Origin: an uncultured Pelagibacteraceae bacterium
GTDB lineage: Bacteria; Pseudomonadota; Alphaproteobacteria; Pelagibacterales; Pelagibacteraceae
Direction of reading: 5' to 3'
Length of the DNA stretch: 64,000 bases
Assembly: GCA_902526115.1 (NCBI GenBank)
Contig: CABZJV010000002.1
Span: 1,271 to 65,270, forward strand
Shown: positions 38,856 through 50,740 of the stretch, one piece after another
Layout of the letters: each line of letters begins with the position of its first letter
Numbering within the stretch: the first letter of the stretch is position 1
Translations under genes and position numbers: made by a program
The notes under the pieces: generated by a model
What the model was told of the DNA's origin: nothing
The model's database searches: none
What the model saw: only the letters and a program-made list of their open reading frames with translations

Positions 38856-40007
38856 TTATTTTTTGTAAACCAATTTACCGAACTTTTTTAACGCGGTTTC
38901 TGAAATCTCAAACCCTAAACCTGGATTTTCATTTAAATATATCCAACCATTACTCATTTTATGTACGTTTTCGAATAACTCTGACTGTAAAGGATCTCTT
39001 TCATTATCAAATGATTCAACAATTCTTCCAGATGGAGATGATGCAACTAAAGGTGCATGAATATAGCAATCATGGTGAGGTGCTATATCAATGTGGTTGA
39101 TTTCACATAAAGCTGAAAGCTTTTTACCATTAGTAAAACCACCAAACATTGTACAGTCAAATTGTAATATCTGTATTGCGTCCTCCTCAATCATGGATCT
39201 ACATCCGTAAATTGTTACTTCACTTTCACCACCTGACAAAGGTATTTCGGTTTGTTTAGATAAAAGTTTTAAATTTCTCCTATCATCTTCCCATCTTACA
39301 GGTTCTTCAATCCAACTGGGTTTAAATTTTTTAAATTCTTTCACACCTTCAATTGCTGTTTTTAAATCCCAAGCTCTATTAACATCAATCATTAAATTTT
39401 TTTGACTACCAATTTCATCTCTTATTATTTCTAATCTTTTTGTATCTTCCTTAATACTCAATCCACCAACTTTCACTTTAAAACTTTTATGCCCAATTTC
39501 GATTAATTTTTTTAATTCATCTCTTAATTCTTTTTCATCCTTACCATCTCTATAATAAGCACAAGTTACATAAACTGGAACTTTGTTTCTGAACCCACCA
39601 AATAATTTATATAATGGAATATTTACAGCTTTACCAATTAAGTCCCAACAAGCAATATCTAAAGCTGCTGAAATTTTTATTAAAGCATCTCTGCTCCAAC
39701 CTTTTTCACTGCTAATTTTTGTATCTGTTAATTTAAAAATTTTATTATATATTTTTTCAGGACAAAAAGGATCCTCACCAAAAATTAAATTCTGTAATCC
39801 GTTTTTAAATGGTTTGATAATTGGCGTTATGTCTGTATAGCTTGTAGCCATTCCAAAACCTGAATTTCCATTTTTAGTTTTTATCTTTATTAAAAGTTCA
39901 TTAGCAGTTGGGACAATGAAATGACTAACCCAATGAGGCTTAACATCATTTGGATTACTGAGAGTATAAACCTCTAAACTGACTATTAAATTACTACTAT
40001 TTGTCAT
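38856..40007 (-). CDS. Mandelate racemase-subgroup enolase-superfamily enzyme
   Basis: SAALDIACWDLIGK..PLYKLFGG, KxK (FKVKVG), metal ligands DVN / EEP / GESE, His in APHH, PGLG. Confidence 0.9.
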   Translation of the reverse strand: MTNSSNLIVSLEVYTLSNPNDVKPHWVSHFIVPTANELLIKIKTKNGNSGFGMATSYTDITPIIKPFKNGLQNLIFGEDPFCPEKIYNKIFKLTDTKISSEKGWSRDALIKISAALDIACWDLIGKAVNIPLYKLFGGFRNKVPVYVTCAYYRDGKDEKELRDELKKLIEIGHKSFKVKVGGLSIKEDTKRLEIIRDEIGSQKNLMIDVNRAWDLKTAIEGVKEFKKFKPSWIEEPVRWEDDRRNLKLLSKQTEIPLSGGESEVTIYGCRSMIEEDAIQILQFDCTMFGGFTNGKKLSALCEINHIDIAPHHDCYIHAPLVASSPSGRIVESFDNERDPLQSELFENVHKMSNGWIYLNENPGLGFEISETALKKFGKLVYKK

Positions 40008-40052
40008 ACATTAAAAATTTGATTATGTAATTTCTTTAGCATATACAGCGAT

Positions 40053-41225
40053 ATGGCAATATCAAATAATATAAGAGCTGGTAGACATTTTTTACAAATT
40101 CCAGGACCAACTAATGTTCCAGACAGAGTGTTAAGGGCAATGGACTATCCGACTATGGATCATAGAGGTCCAGATTTTGCAGATTTAGGTCTAAGAGTAT
40201 TAGATAGAATAAAATTAATTTTTAAAACATCTGAACCAGTGATTATATTTCCTGCATCTGGCACAGGTGCGTGGGAAGCTGCCATTGTAAATACATTAAG
40301 TGCTGGAGATAAAATATTAATGTTTGAAACAGGTCATTTCTCAACTCTTTGGTATGATATTGCTGATAAATTTAAATTAAAAATAGATTTTGTAAAAGGT
40401 GATTGGAGAACTGGAGTTGATCCTAATATTGTGGAACAAAAGTTAAAAGAAGATAAAGATAACACAATTAAAGCAGTTTGTGTAGTCCATAACGAAACTT
40501 CCACAGGTGTTACTAGTAGGATTGGAGAAATTAGAAAAGCTATGGATAATACAAATCATCCTGCTCTATTATTTGTAGACACTATATCTTCATTAGGATC
40601 TATTGATTATAAACATGAAGAATGGAAAGTAGATGTTACTGTTGGAGGATCTCAAAAAGGTTTATTATTACCTCCTGGATTATCTTTTAATGCAATTAGC
40701 TCTAAAGCTATTGAAGCATATAAAGTTTCAGATTTACCTAAGTCTTATTGGGATTGGGAACCAATGTTAGAAAATAATAAAAAAGGATATTTTCCATATA
40801 CTCCTGCTACTAATTTATTATATGGTTTAGATGAAGCTATTAATATGCTTACAGAAGAAGGTCTAGAAAATGTTTTTGCTAGACACAAAAGATTTGCAGA
40901 GGCTACACGTATAGCAGTTAATTCTTGGGGTTTAGAAATACTATGTAAAAATCCATCTGAGTACTCAGATTCTTTGACAGCAGTTCTTGTCCCTGATGGT
41001 CATGATGCAGATTTTTTAAGAAAGACTATTTTAGATAATTATAACATGTCATTAGGCACTGGACTTGCAAAAGTTGCTGGAAAAGTTTTTAGAATTGGTC
41101 ATTTGGGAGATTTTAATGAATTAATGCTAGCGGGAACTTTAGCTGGCGTTGAAATGGGCTTGATGAAGTCAAAAATACCATACCAAAAAGGGGGTATTCT
41201 AAAGGCTCTAGAGTATCTTTGTTAG
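40053..41225 (+). CDS. Class V PLP aminotransferase, serine/alanine-glyoxylate type
   Basis: HFLQIPGPTNVP, SGTGAWE, HNETSTGV, VDTISS, GSQKG (PLP Lys), FRIGHLG. Confidence 0.92.
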   Translation: MAISNNIRAGRHFLQIPGPTNVPDRVLRAMDYPTMDHRGPDFADLGLRVLDRIKLIFKTSEPVIIFPASGTGAWEAAIVNTLSAGDKILMFETGHFSTLWYDIADKFKLKIDFVKGDWRTGVDPNIVEQKLKEDKDNTIKAVCVVHNETSTGVTSRIGEIRKAMDNTNHPALLFVDTISSLGSIDYKHEEWKVDVTVGGSQKGLLLPPGLSFNAISSKAIEAYKVSDLPKSYWDWEPMLENNKKGYFPYTPATNLLYGLDEAINMLTEEGLENVFARHKRFAEATRIAVNSWGLEILCKNPSEYSDSLTAVLVPDGHDADFLRKTILDNYNMSLGTGLAKVAGKVFRIGHLGDFNELMLAGTLAGVEMGLMKSKIPYQKGGILKALEYLC

Positions 41226-41327
41226 TTTAAGAATAAAAAATTATACTTATTTCAATCATTTAATTTATTTACTATTAATTTTAAAAGTAATTTTAAATTA
41301 CACCTAATTTCAAAGGATAATTTCTAA

Positions 41328-41356
41328 TTGATAGAAATCTTAAATAAGTATATAAG
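41328..41356 (+). promoter_or_regulatory. Candidate sigma70 promoter for tRNA-Val/Asp
   Basis: TTGATA-N17-TATAAG, 18 nt upstream of tRNA-Val. Confidence 0.55.
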
Positions 41357-41374
41357 ACACGTTATTTTTGGTTG

Positions 41375-41450
41375 GGGCGGTTAGCTCAGTTGGTAGAGCA
41401 TCTCGTTTACACCGAGGGGGTCATAGGTTCGAGTCCTATACTGCCCACCA
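41375..41450 (+). tRNA. tRNA-Val (anticodon TAC)
   Basis: GGGCGGT/ACTGCCC acceptor stem, TAGCTCAGTTGGTAGAGC D arm, TTTACAC loop, GGTTCGAGTCC, CCA. Confidence 0.97.
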
Positions 41451-41462
41451 AGAATCAAAAGT

Positions 41463-41539
41463 GGGGGTGTAGCTCAGTTGGTTAGAGCGATCGCCTGTCA
41501 CGCGATAGGTCGAGGGTTCGAGTCCCTTCACTCCCGCCA
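41463..41539 (+). tRNA. tRNA-Asp (anticodon GTC)
   Basis: GGGGGTG/CACTCCC acceptor stem, ATCGC-CTGTCAC-GCGAT anticodon arm, GGTTCGAGTCC, CCA. Confidence 0.97.
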
Positions 41540-41696
41540 CTTTTTATATTAAAATCTTAAATTTTACTAATACATTGATATTATTGAGTTTTTAAGACTA
41601 AGGGTTATAAGTAATTGAAATTATTATCTTTTTTTTTATAATAAATGTGACGTATGGGCGCTACAAGAACAAAAAAAAAGTGTTATATAGACTTCA

Positions 41697-42065
41697 ATGT
41701 TATCTGAATTTTTACAAAATTACTTACCAATAATAATATTTCTAGTTATAGCTTTAGGTTTAAGCTGCGCTTTCGTAGTAATTAATTTTATTCTCTCACC
41801 AAAACGACCTGATCCAGAAAAATTGTCAGCATATGAATGTGGGTTCGAACCATTTGAAGATTCTAGAATGGAGTTTGACGTGAGATTTTATTTAGTCGCA
41901 ATTTTATTTATCATTTTTGACTTAGAAATCGCCTTCCTTTTTCCTTGGGCAATTTCTCTGGGCAATATTGGTTTGTTAGGTTTTTCTTCAATGATGATTT
42001 TCTTATTCATTCTCACAATTGGTTTTATTTATGAGTGGAAAAAAGGCGCCCTAGATTGGGAATAA
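41697..42065 (+). CDS. nuoA: NADH-quinone oxidoreductase subunit A
   Basis: [24 protein letters not shown]. Confidence 0.97.
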   Translation: MLSEFLQNYLPIIIFLVIALGLSCAFVVINFILSPKRPDPEKLSAYECGFEPFEDSRMEFDVRFYLVAILFIIFDLEIAFLFPWAISLGNIGLLGFSSMMIFLFILTIGFIYEWKKGALDWE

Positions 42066-42077
42066 AATCAGATTATT

Positions 42078-42593
42078 ATGAACAATAAATTAGATCAGGT
42101 ACCTGAAGAATTTAAACAACTTGCAGATGATTTTAGTAGGGATGGTTTTATTACAACATCATTAGATAATCTAATAAATTGGTCTAGAGCAGGCTCACTT
42201 CATTGGATGACTTTCGGTTTAGCTTGTTGTGCTGTCGAAATGATGCAAACATCAATGCCAAGATATGATCTTGAAAGATTTGGTGCTGCTCCAAGAGCTT
42301 CCCCAAGACAATCTGATGTGATGATAGTTGCGGGAACTCTAACGAATAAAATGGCACCAGCTTTGAGAAAAGTTTACGATCAAATGCCTGAACCAAGATA
42401 TGTGATTTCTATGGGAAGTTGTGCTAATGGAGGTGGTTATTATCATTATTCATATTCTGTAGTCAGAGGTTGCGATAGAATAGTTCCTGTTGATGTTTAT
42501 GTTCCTGGATGCCCCCCTTCGGCAGAGGCTTTGTTATATGGAATTCTGCAACTTCAGAAAAAAATTAGAAACAAAGGTTCAATTACAAGGTAA
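42078..42593 (+). CDS. nuoB: NADH-quinone oxidoreductase subunit B
   Basis: [25 protein letters not shown]. Confidence 0.97.
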   Translation: MNNKLDQVPEEFKQLADDFSRDGFITTSLDNLINWSRAGSLHWMTFGLACCAVEMMQTSMPRYDLERFGAAPRASPRQSDVMIVAGTLTNKMAPALRKVYDQMPEPRYVISMGSCANGGGYYHYSYSVVRGCDRIVPVDVYVPGCPPSAEALLYGILQLQKKIRNKGSITR

Positions 42594-42595
42594 TC

Positions 42596-43201
42596 ATGAA
42601 TAATTTAATAGATTTGGAAAAAAAAATTAATTCTGAATTAACAACTAAAATTAATAAAAGCGAGATTAAGCATAATCAAATTTATCTTGAAACAGACAAA
42701 GACGATCTTATTGATGTAATTTTGTTTTTAAAAACAAATTCAGATACAAAATTTAAACAACTTATTGATATTACAGTAATTGACTATCCTGAAAATAACC
42801 CGAGATTTCAAATTGTTTATTTGTTTTTAAGTCATGAATATAATCAAAGAGTAATATTAAAATATTCTATTGCTGAAAATGAAATAATACCTTCGATAAC
42901 AAGTATTTTTCCTGCTGCTAACTGGATGGAGAGAGAAGTTTTTGATATGTATGGTGTTTCTTTTAAAGATCACCCAGATTTGAGAAGAATACTTACTGAT
43001 TATGGATTTGAAGGCCATCCTCTCAGAAAAGATTTTCCATTAACTGGTCATACTGAAGTCAGGTATAGCGAAGATCAGAAAAAAGTAATAAACGAACCTG
43101 TAAAGCTTGAGCAAAACTATAGAAATTTTGATTATGAGAGCCCATGGGAAGGTACCAAATACATTAAAGAGGAATTAGAAAACAATGACAAAAAAAATTA
43201 A
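42596..43201 (+). CDS. nuoC: NADH-quinone oxidoreductase subunit C
   Basis: [30 protein letters not shown]. Confidence 0.97.
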   Translation: MNNLIDLEKKINSELTTKINKSEIKHNQIYLETDKDDLIDVILFLKTNSDTKFKQLIDITVIDYPENNPRFQIVYLFLSHEYNQRVILKYSIAENEIIPSITSIFPAANWMEREVFDMYGVSFKDHPDLRRILTDYGFEGHPLRKDFPLTGHTEVRYSEDQKKVINEPVKLEQNYRNFDYESPWEGTKYIKEELENNDKKN

Positions 43202-44360
43202 AAATTTAAATTTAAATTTTGGACCCCAGCATCCTGCAGCCCACGGAGTATTAAGACTAATTTTAGAACTTGATGGTGAAGTTGTAGAGAAAGCAGATCC
43301 ACACATTGGACTATTACATAGAGGTACGGAAAAATTAATTGAAAGTAAAACTTATATGCAGGCAGTTCCTTACTTTGATCGGTTAGATTATGTTGCTCCA
43401 ATGAATCAAGAGCATGCTTTTGCTTTAGCTACAGAGAGAGTTCTTGAATTGGATGTGCCAATCAGAGCACAGTACATAAGAGTAATTTTTTGTGAAATTG
43501 GTAGAATTTTGAGTCATATTTTGAATGTCACTACTCAAGCTATGGATGTTGGAGCTTTAACCCCTACGCTATGGGGATTTGAAGAAAGAGAAAAGTTAAT
43601 GGGATTTTATGAGAGAGTTTCTGGTTCAAGACTTCATGCTAATTATTTTAGAGCTGGAGGAGTTCATCAAGATTTACCGCAAGGTTTGGAGGAAGATATA
43701 GCTGAATTTTGTGAGACATTTCCAAAAATAATCAACGATTTAGAAAATTTATTAACTGAGAACAGAATTTTTAAGCAAAGAAATGTTGATATAGGAGTTG
43801 TTACAAAAGAAGACGCATTAGACTATTCTTTTTCAGGTGTAATGATTAGGGGTTCAGGTGTACCGTGGGATTTAAGAAAATCTCAACCATATGATTGTTA
43901 TGAAAAATTAGAATTTAAAATTCCTGTAGGAAAAAACGGAGACTGTTATGATCGATACTTGTGTAGAATAGAAGAAATGAAAGAAAGTGTTTCAATAATT
44001 AAACAATGTCTTGCAAAAATGGAAAAGGGTCCAATTAAATCATTAGATGGAAAAATAAGCCCACCATCTAAAAAAGAAATTAAACAATCAATGGAAGCTC
44101 TTATTCATCATTTTAAACTTTTTACAGAAGGCTACCGAGTTCCCAAGGATGAAATTTATACGGCTGTTGAAGCTCCAAAAGGAGAGTTTGGTGTTTATCT
44201 AATTTCTGATGGATCAAACAAACCATACAAATGTAAAATTAGAGCGCCAGGATTTTCACACCTTCAGTCAATGGATTATCTTATCAAAGGACATATGCTA
44301 GCAGATGTCCCAGCAGTACTAGGTTCGTTAGATATAGTTTTTGGAGAAGTAGACAGATGA
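43185..44360 (+). CDS. nuoD: NADH-quinone oxidoreductase subunit D
   Basis: [33 protein letters not shown]. Confidence 0.98.
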   Translation: MTKKIKNLNLNFGPQHPAAHGVLRLILELDGEVVEKADPHIGLLHRGTEKLIESKTYMQAVPYFDRLDYVAPMNQEHAFALATERVLELDVPIRAQYIRVIFCEIGRILSHILNVTTQAMDVGALTPTLWGFEEREKLMGFYERVSGSRLHANYFRAGGVHQDLPQGLEEDIAEFCETFPKIINDLENLLTENRIFKQRNVDIGVVTKEDALDYSFSGVMIRGSGVPWDLRKSQPYDCYEKLEFKIPVGKNGDCYDRYLCRIEEMKESVSIIKQCLAKMEKGPIKSLDGKISPPSKKEIKQSMEALIHHFKLFTEGYRVPKDEIYTAVEAPKGEFGVYLISDGSNKPYKCKIRAPGFSHLQSMDYLIKGHMLADVPAVLGSLDIVFGEVDR

Positions 44361-44965
44361 GTTTAAGAAGACCTGCAAAAAATCAACCGAAAAAATTTGA
44401 GTTTAATTCCTCTTCGATGGATGAAGCAAAGAAAATTATTTCAAATTATCCTGAAGGAAAACAACAAAGTGCTGTTATGGCTTTACTTTATATTGCTCAA
44501 AAACAGAATGACAACTGGATACCTTTAGCAGCCATGAAACATATCGCAAAGCTATTAGACATGCCTTACATAAAAGTTTATGAGGTAGCAACTTTTTATT
44601 CAATGTATAACTTGTCACCAGTAGGGAAGTATTTTGTCCAGGTCTGTACCACTACTCCTTGTATGATTAGAGGAGCAAATAAACTAGTTGAAGCTTGTAA
44701 AGAAAAAATTTCAGAGGACGAAAATATGTTGTCAAGTGATAAGAGCTGTTCTTGGATGGAGGTAGAGTGTTTAGGTGCATGTGTTAATGCTCCGATGTTG
44801 CAAATTAATGATGATTATTATGAAGATTTAGATAAAGAAAAAACAATAGAAATATTTGAAAAAATTTTAAAAGGTGAAACTCCTAAACCAGGCTCATATC
44901 GAGGTCGATTAAATACTGAGCCAGAAAATAATAGAAAAACACTAATGGATGTAAAAAATGCTTAA
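44357..44965 (+). CDS. nuoE: NADH-quinone oxidoreductase subunit E
   Basis: [24 protein letters not shown]. Confidence 0.97.
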   Translation: MSLRRPAKNQPKKFEFNSSSMDEAKKIISNYPEGKQQSAVMALLYIAQKQNDNWIPLAAMKHIAKLLDMPYIKVYEVATFYSMYNLSPVGKYFVQVCTTTPCMIRGANKLVEACKEKISEDENMLSSDKSCSWMEVECLGACVNAPMLQINDDYYEDLDKEKTIEIFEKILKGETPKPGSYRGRLNTEPENNRKTLMDVKNA

Positions 44966-46289
44966 AGATCAAGACAGAATATTTAAAAATTTATATAACG
45001 ATATGGGTACAGATGTTAAATCTGCTCAAACAAGAGGTGATTGGGTAAATACTTCAGATTTAATAGCTAAAGGAAGAGATTGGATTATTAATGAAGTAAA
45101 AGACTCTCAGCTAAGAGGTAGAGGGGGTGCAGGATTTCCCACAGGTTTAAAGTGGTCTTTTGCTCCTAAAGAAGTTCGATCTAGGCCACATTATTTAGTG
45201 ATTAATGCAGATGAATCTGAACCAGGCACATGCAAAGATAGAGATATTCTTAGATTTGAGCCTCACAAACTAATCGAAGGATGTCTAATAGCCTCCTATG
45301 CTGTTCAAGCTCATGTTTGCTATATTTATATAAGAGGTGAATATTTTATTGAAGGTCAAAAACTTCAAGCAGCAATTGATGAGGCTTATGAAAAAAATTT
45401 AATAGGTAAAAATGCTGCTAGTACAGGTTGGGATTTAGACATTTATATTCACTATGGTGCAGGTGCTTACATATGTGGTGAAGAAACAGCTTTGTTAGAA
45501 AGTATAGAAGGTAAAAAAGGTCAACCAAGATTAAAACCTCCATTTCCAGCATTGATCGGATTATATGGGTGTCCAACAATTATAAATAATGTTGAAACAA
45601 TAGCTGTAGTTCCAACTATTCTTAGAAGAGGTGGTAAATGGTTTTCTTCTTTAGGAAGAGAAAAAAATACTGGCACGAAAATTTTCTGTATATCGGGCAA
45701 TGTTAACAATCCATGTAATGTTGAAGAAGAAATGAATATACCTTTAAAAGAATTAATCGAAGTCCATGCTGGGGGAGTAATTGGTGGATGGGAAAATTTA
45801 CAGGCTGTTATTCCAGGTGGTTCATCAATGCCCTTAATACCAAAAGAAAAATGTGAGACATTAACTATGGATTTTGATTCATTAATGGCTGAAAAAAGTG
45901 GATTAGGAACTGCAGGAATTGTTGTAATTAATAAAGATCAAGACATTATAAAATGTATGGCAAGAATAGCAAGATTTTATAAACATGAAAGTTGTGGTCA
46001 ATGTACACCATGTAGAGAAGGTTCTGGATGGATGTGGAGAATGCTAGAAAGAATGGCAAATGGAGAAGCTACTAAAGATGAAGTAGATATGTTAGGTGAT
46101 GTAACAAACCAAATAGCTGGTCATACTATCTGTGCATTTGGCGAAGGATCATCATGGCCTGTGCAGGGATTGTTAAGACATTTTAAAAAAGAAATTGAGA
46201 AAAGAAATAATTTAGATCCTATTGTTCAGAAAAGAAACAATATTCCTTATTTAGTTGATCAACATTTATTAGATAAAAAAAATGCCTAA
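44958..46289 (+). CDS. nuoF: NADH-quinone oxidoreductase subunit F
   Basis: [37 protein letters not shown]. Confidence 0.98.
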   Translation: MLKDQDRIFKNLYNDMGTDVKSAQTRGDWVNTSDLIAKGRDWIINEVKDSQLRGRGGAGFPTGLKWSFAPKEVRSRPHYLVINADESEPGTCKDRDILRFEPHKLIEGCLIASYAVQAHVCYIYIRGEYFIEGQKLQAAIDEAYEKNLIGKNAASTGWDLDIYIHYGAGAYICGEETALLESIEGKKGQPRLKPPFPALIGLYGCPTIINNVETIAVVPTILRRGGKWFSSLGREKNTGTKIFCISGNVNNPCNVEEEMNIPLKELIEVHAGGVIGGWENLQAVIPGGSSMPLIPKEKCETLTMDFDSLMAEKSGLGTAGIVVINKDQDIIKCMARIARFYKHESCGQCTPCREGSGWMWRMLERMANGEATKDEVDMLGDVTNQIAGHTICAFGEGSSWPVQGLLRHFKKEIEKRNNLDPIVQKRNNIPYLVDQHLLDKKNA

Positions 46290-48312
46290 ATTAAAAGTTA
46301 ACGATATAGAAGTAGAGATAGATGAGGGCTTGACAGTTTTACAAGCTTGCGAAAAAGCAGGAGTTGAAATTCCAAGGTTCTGTTACCATGAAAAATTATC
46401 TATAGCAGGTAATTGCAGAATGTGTTTGGTTGAGATGGAAAAATCTCCTAAACCTATTGCATCTTGTGCAATGCCAGCTGCTGAAGGAATGAATATTAAA
46501 ACTAATACACCTTTTGTGGAAAAAGCAAGAAAGGGAGTAATGGAGTTTTTATTAGCTAACCACCCTTTAGATTGTCCGGTGTGTGATCAAGGTGGTGAAT
46601 GTGATCTTCAAGATCAATCTATGTTTTATGGTGTAGATAAATCAAGATTTAAAGAAAATAAACGAGCTGTTCCAGAAAAATATATGGGGCCATTAATAAA
46701 AACTCAAATGACAAGATGTATTCATTGTACTAGATGCGTAAGATTTGCGACTGAAATCGCTGGAGTTTCTGAAATTGGTGCAATCGGCAGAGGTGAAGAT
46801 ATGCAAATAACAACATACCTAGAAGAAGCTATGCAATCTGAATTATCAGCAAATGTAATAGATCTTTGTCCAGTAGGAGCTTTAACATCTAAACCTTATG
46901 TATTTGAAGCTAGACCTTGGGAACTTAAAAAAACCGAAACAGTTGATGTTATGGACGCTGTTGGATCAAATGTTAGGGTAGATACTTATGACTGGGAGGT
47001 CAAAAGAGTTTTACCATTAATAAATGAGGATATTAATGAAGAATGGATTTCAGATAAGACAAGATATGCATGTGATGGATTATTAAATCAAAGATTAGAT
47101 ACACCGTATGTAAAATATAATGGAAAATTTGAAAAAGCTTCATGGGATGAAGTTTTTAAAATAATTAAATCTAAATTTGAAAACGCATCTAAAGATAAGG
47201 TTTGTGGCTTTGTTGGAGATTTAACCAACATGGAAACAGGATATATTTTTAAAGAATTTTTTGATCGAACCTTAAATAACAGCAATTATGAATCAAGATC
47301 AGATAACAGATTTATAGATAATTCAGAGAGAGAGAATTATATATTTAATTCCTCTATAAATGGAATTGAAGAATCTGATTTGATATTTTTAATTGGAGCA
47401 AATCCTAGATATGAAGCTACAATCTTAAATGCAAGAATTCGAAAAGCGTATGTAAATAATAAAACAAAAGTAATCTCACTAAACGATGTTGGTGATTTAA
47501 CATATCCTTATGAAAATTTAGATGGTCAAACTCAATCAATAAAAACTATTTTTGAGGGTTCAAATGAAATATCCAAAGATATTATTAGTGCAAAAAAGCC
47601 AATGATTGTGATTGGCGAGACATTTTTAAAAATAAATTCAGCAAAACATTTATTTAATTTAATTAAAACTTTTTTAAAGAAAAATAATAAATTCACGGAT
47701 AACTGGAATCCTTTAAATATTTTATCTTGTGATGCAGCAACAGTAGGTAATTTTGATTTAGGAATATTAAATAATGAAATTAATTTGTTAGAAGAATTAA
47801 AATCAAACAAATTTGAAATTATTTATCTAGTTGGACAAGATAATTTGGAATTTAATAAAAAAAATGAATTTGTTATTTATCAAGGTAGTCACGGAGATAA
47901 AGGAGCAGAAATTGCAGATATTATTTTACCAGGATCAGCTTACACGGAACAAGATGGATTTTTTACAAATTTAGAGGGAAAAATACAAAAAGCATATAAA
48001 GCATCTTACCCTCCAGGTGAAGCTAAAGAAGACTGGCACATTATCAATGAATTAGCTGAAGTTATGAATAATAGAAAATTATTTAACGATAAAGATGAAT
48101 TAGAAAGTAGCATGTTTAACTATATAAAACTTCAACAAGAAACCAAAAATTTAAATCATAAAGAAATATCAAGTACAAATTTTCAAAATGAAAAATTAAA
48201 TATTCAATTAAAAGATTATTATTTTTCAAATGTTATTGCTAGATCTTCAAAAACTATGATTGAGTGTAACAACTCCAAAATAAACCTTAAGTCGACTGGA
48301 ACTGAAGGTTAA
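46282..48312 (+). CDS. nuoG: NADH-quinone oxidoreductase subunit G
   Basis: [34 protein letters not shown]. Confidence 0.98.
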   Translation: MPKLKVNDIEVEIDEGLTVLQACEKAGVEIPRFCYHEKLSIAGNCRMCLVEMEKSPKPIASCAMPAAEGMNIKTNTPFVEKARKGVMEFLLANHPLDCPVCDQGGECDLQDQSMFYGVDKSRFKENKRAVPEKYMGPLIKTQMTRCIHCTRCVRFATEIAGVSEIGAIGRGEDMQITTYLEEAMQSELSANVIDLCPVGALTSKPYVFEARPWELKKTETVDVMDAVGSNVRVDTYDWEVKRVLPLINEDINEEWISDKTRYACDGLLNQRLDTPYVKYNGKFEKASWDEVFKIIKSKFENASKDKVCGFVGDLTNMETGYIFKEFFDRTLNNSNYESRSDNRFIDNSERENYIFNSSINGIEESDLIFLIGANPRYEATILNARIRKAYVNNKTKVISLNDVGDLTYPYENLDGQTQSIKTIFEGSNEISKDIISAKKPMIVIGETFLKINSAKHLFNLIKTFLKKNNKFTDNWNPLNILSCDAATVGNFDLGILNNEINLLEELKSNKFEIIYLVGQDNLEFNKKNEFVIYQGSHGDKGAEIADIILPGSAYTEQDGFFTNLEGKIQKAYKASYPPGEAKEDWHIINELAEVMNNRKLFNDKDELESSMFNYIKLQQETKNLNHKEISSTNFQNEKLNIQLKDYYFSNVIARSSKTMIECNNSKINLKSTGTEG

Positions 48313-49311
48313 ATGGAATATTTAAGTATTTTTTTTGATCAAGTTTATAAAATTCTTTTTTTGCTAGTTCCAGTTTTAGTATCTGTTGCAATGGTAGTTT
48401 GGCTTGATAGAAGAGTTTGGGCGTTTGTTCAAAAAAGACAAGGACCTAATGTTGTAGGACCTTTTGGATTGTTACAAACTATTGCTGATGCATTAAAATA
48501 TTTATTTAAAGAAATTATCATCCCGTCAAGTTCAAACAAAGTAATTTTTATTCTTGCACCAATTGTAACAATGACTCTTGCATTAATTGCTTGGGCTGTA
48601 ATTCCATTTAGTGCTACTCAGGTTTTGTCCGATATCAATGTTGGAATTCTTTATTTATTTGCTGTTTCATCTCTTGGTGTTTATGGAATTATAATGGGCG
48701 GCTGGGCATCAAATTCTAAATATCCTTTCTTAGGAGCAATTAGATCCGCAGCCCAAATGGTTTCTTATGAGGTGTCTATCGGGGTAATAATTATAAATGT
48801 CTTACTGTGTGTAGGATCGCTTAATTTAAATGATATTGTATTAGCTCAACAAGACGTATGGTTTGTTATTCCTTTATTCCCAATGTTTGTTATTTTTTTT
48901 ATTTCAGCATTGGCAGAAACAAACAGACCACCATTTGATCTACCAGAAGCAGAAGCTGAGTTGGTAGCCGGATATCAAACAGAATATTCTGGTATGATGT
49001 ACGCTATGTTTTGGCTTGGTGAATATGCAAACATTCTTTTAATGTGTGCGATTGGCTCAGTATTGTTTTTAGGAGGTTGGTTATCTCCTCTTGAAATTTA
49101 TCCTTTTACTTTAGTCCCAGGACCAGTTTGGTTAATTCTTAAGATATTATTATTATTTTTATTATTTGCTTTAGTTAAAGCAATTGTTCCTAGGTATAGA
49201 TATGATCAATTGATGAGATTAGGCTGGAAAGTATTCCTTCCAATATCTTTGATATGGGTTGTATTAACAGCTAGTTATTTATTTTATTTTAATCTTTTAC
49301 CGGTGAATTAA
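48313..49311 (+). CDS. nuoH: NADH-quinone oxidoreductase subunit H
   Basis: [34 protein letters not shown]. Confidence 0.97.
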   Translation: MEYLSIFFDQVYKILFLLVPVLVSVAMVVWLDRRVWAFVQKRQGPNVVGPFGLLQTIADALKYLFKEIIIPSSSNKVIFILAPIVTMTLALIAWAVIPFSATQVLSDINVGILYLFAVSSLGVYGIIMGGWASNSKYPFLGAIRSAAQMVSYEVSIGVIIINVLLCVGSLNLNDIVLAQQDVWFVIPLFPMFVIFFISALAETNRPPFDLPEAEAELVAGYQTEYSGMMYAMFWLGEYANILLMCAIGSVLFLGGWLSPLEIYPFTLVPGPVWLILKILLLFLLFALVKAIVPRYRYDQLMRLGWKVFLPISLIWVVLTASYLFYFNLLPVN

Positions 49312-49313
49312 TA

Positions 49314-49799
49314 ATGAAAATATCAAGATTTTTTAAAACAATATTCATGACAGATTTTGCTAGCGGTCTATACATGGCAATTAAAGAAGTTTTTAAATCA
49401 AAAAAAACAATTAATTATCCTTTTGAAAAGGGTAAAATAAGTCCACGTTTTAGAGGTGAGCACGCACTTAGACGATATCCAAATGGTGAGGAAAGATGTA
49501 TTGCATGTAAATTATGTGAAGCTGTTTGTCCAGCTCAAGCTATAACAATAGAGTCTTCACAAAGAGAAGATGGAAGTAGAAAAACCACTCGTTATGATAT
49601 TGACATGATGAAATGTATTTATTGTGGTTTGTGCGAAGAATCCTGTCCTGTAGATGCAATTGTTCAAGGTCCAAACTTTGAATTTTCAACCGAAACAAGA
49701 GAAGAACTTTATTATACAAAAGACAAACTGTTAGATAACGGTGATAGATGGGAAAATATTTTAGAGGCTAATATTAAAGCCGATAGTTCTCATAGATAA
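49314..49799 (+). CDS. nuoI: NADH-quinone oxidoreductase subunit I
   Basis: [24 protein letters not shown]. Confidence 0.98.
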   Translation: MKISRFFKTIFMTDFASGLYMAIKEVFKSKKTINYPFEKGKISPRFRGEHALRRYPNGEERCIACKLCEAVCPAQAITIESSQREDGSRKTTRYDIDMMKCIYCGLCEESCPVDAIVQGPNFEFSTETREELYYTKDKLLDNGDRWENILEANIKADSSHR

Positions 49800-49801
49800 A
49801 A

Positions 49802-50434
49802 ATGATTGCACACTCTATTTTCTTTTATACTTTTTCAATCATAGCTATTGTCTCAGCTATAATGGTTACAGCTTCCAAAAATACAGTTCATTCTGTATTT
49901 TTTCTAATCTTAGATTTTATAAGTATTTCATGTCTTTTTATAATGATTGGAGCAGAATTTTTAGGAATGATAATGCTCATCGTTTATGTTGGTGCTGTAG
50001 CGGTTTTATTTTTATTTGTTGTAATGATGTTAAATGTTGCTCAACAAAAAAATCAATGGTTTGCATCTGAAGATAGTTCAAAGCACATACCCGTAGGTTT
50101 AATTATAAGCACTCTTATTTTTGTTGAATTGATAATAGTTGTCGGTGGCTGGAAATATAAACCAGATTTGTTTGATATAAATAATTCAATTGAAACTGCC
50201 AAAGTCAGTAACACTCACGCTTTAGGACAAGTATTGTACACTGATTATATTCACGTCTTCCAAATTAGTGGAATGATTTTGCTAGTTGCTATGATTGGAG
50301 CAATTGTTCTAACTTTTAGAAAAAGAGCTGGTGTAAAAACACAAAGTTATATTAAGCAAATTTCTAGAGAGAGATCTGATGGTGTAAGCATTCTTAATGT
50401 CGAGTCTAATAAAGGAGTTAAGATTGATGACTGA
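49802..50434 (+). CDS. nuoJ: NADH-quinone oxidoreductase subunit J
   Basis: [29 protein letters not shown]. Confidence 0.96.
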   Translation: MIAHSIFFYTFSIIAIVSAIMVTASKNTVHSVFFLILDFISISCLFIMIGAEFLGMIMLIVYVGAVAVLFLFVVMMLNVAQQKNQWFASEDSSKHIPVGLIISTLIFVELIIVVGGWKYKPDLFDINNSIETAKVSNTHALGQVLYTDYIHVFQISGMILLVAMIGAIVLTFRKRAGVKTQSYIKQISRERSDGVSILNVESNKGVKIDD

Positions 50435-50738
50435 AATAGGTCTTGGACATTATTTAACTTTGGGTGCAATTATATTCTCGATTGGGATTATTGGTATATT
50501 TTTAAATAGAAAAAATATCATTGTTATTTTGATGAGTATCGAATTAATATTATTAGCTGTTAATATCAATTTAGTCTCTTTTTCAATTTTTTTAGGAGAT
50601 TTAACTGGTCAGGTATTTACATTATTTATCCTAACTGTAGCCGCAGCCGAGGCTGCAATAGGACTTGCAATTATTGTTGTTTATTATCGTAATTCAGGAA
50701 CAATTAGAGTTGAGCATATAGATAAGTTGAAAGGATAA
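50427..50738 (+). CDS. nuoK: NADH-quinone oxidoreductase subunit K
   Basis: [23 protein letters not shown]; the likely start is ATG 50427 overlapping the nuoJ end. Confidence 0.96.
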   Translation: MTEIGLGHYLTLGAIIFSIGIIGIFLNRKNIIVILMSIELILLAVNINLVSFSIFLGDLTGQVFTLFILTVAAAEAAIGLAIIVVYYRNSGTIRVEHIDKLKG

Positions 50739-50740
50739 GG

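Larger units (their letters stand above)
31100..41225. other. Accessory catabolic gene block between truncated lon and tRNA-Val
   Basis: Eight catabolic/transport genes sit where alphaproteobacteria usually have lon(3')-hupB-tRNA-Val. No integrase or direct repeat found. Confidence 0.65.

Noticed and set aside
31100-41539. Prophage or integrative element at tRNA-Val/Asp
   Set aside because: No integrase, phage or transposase genes and no duplicated tRNA 3' end seen.
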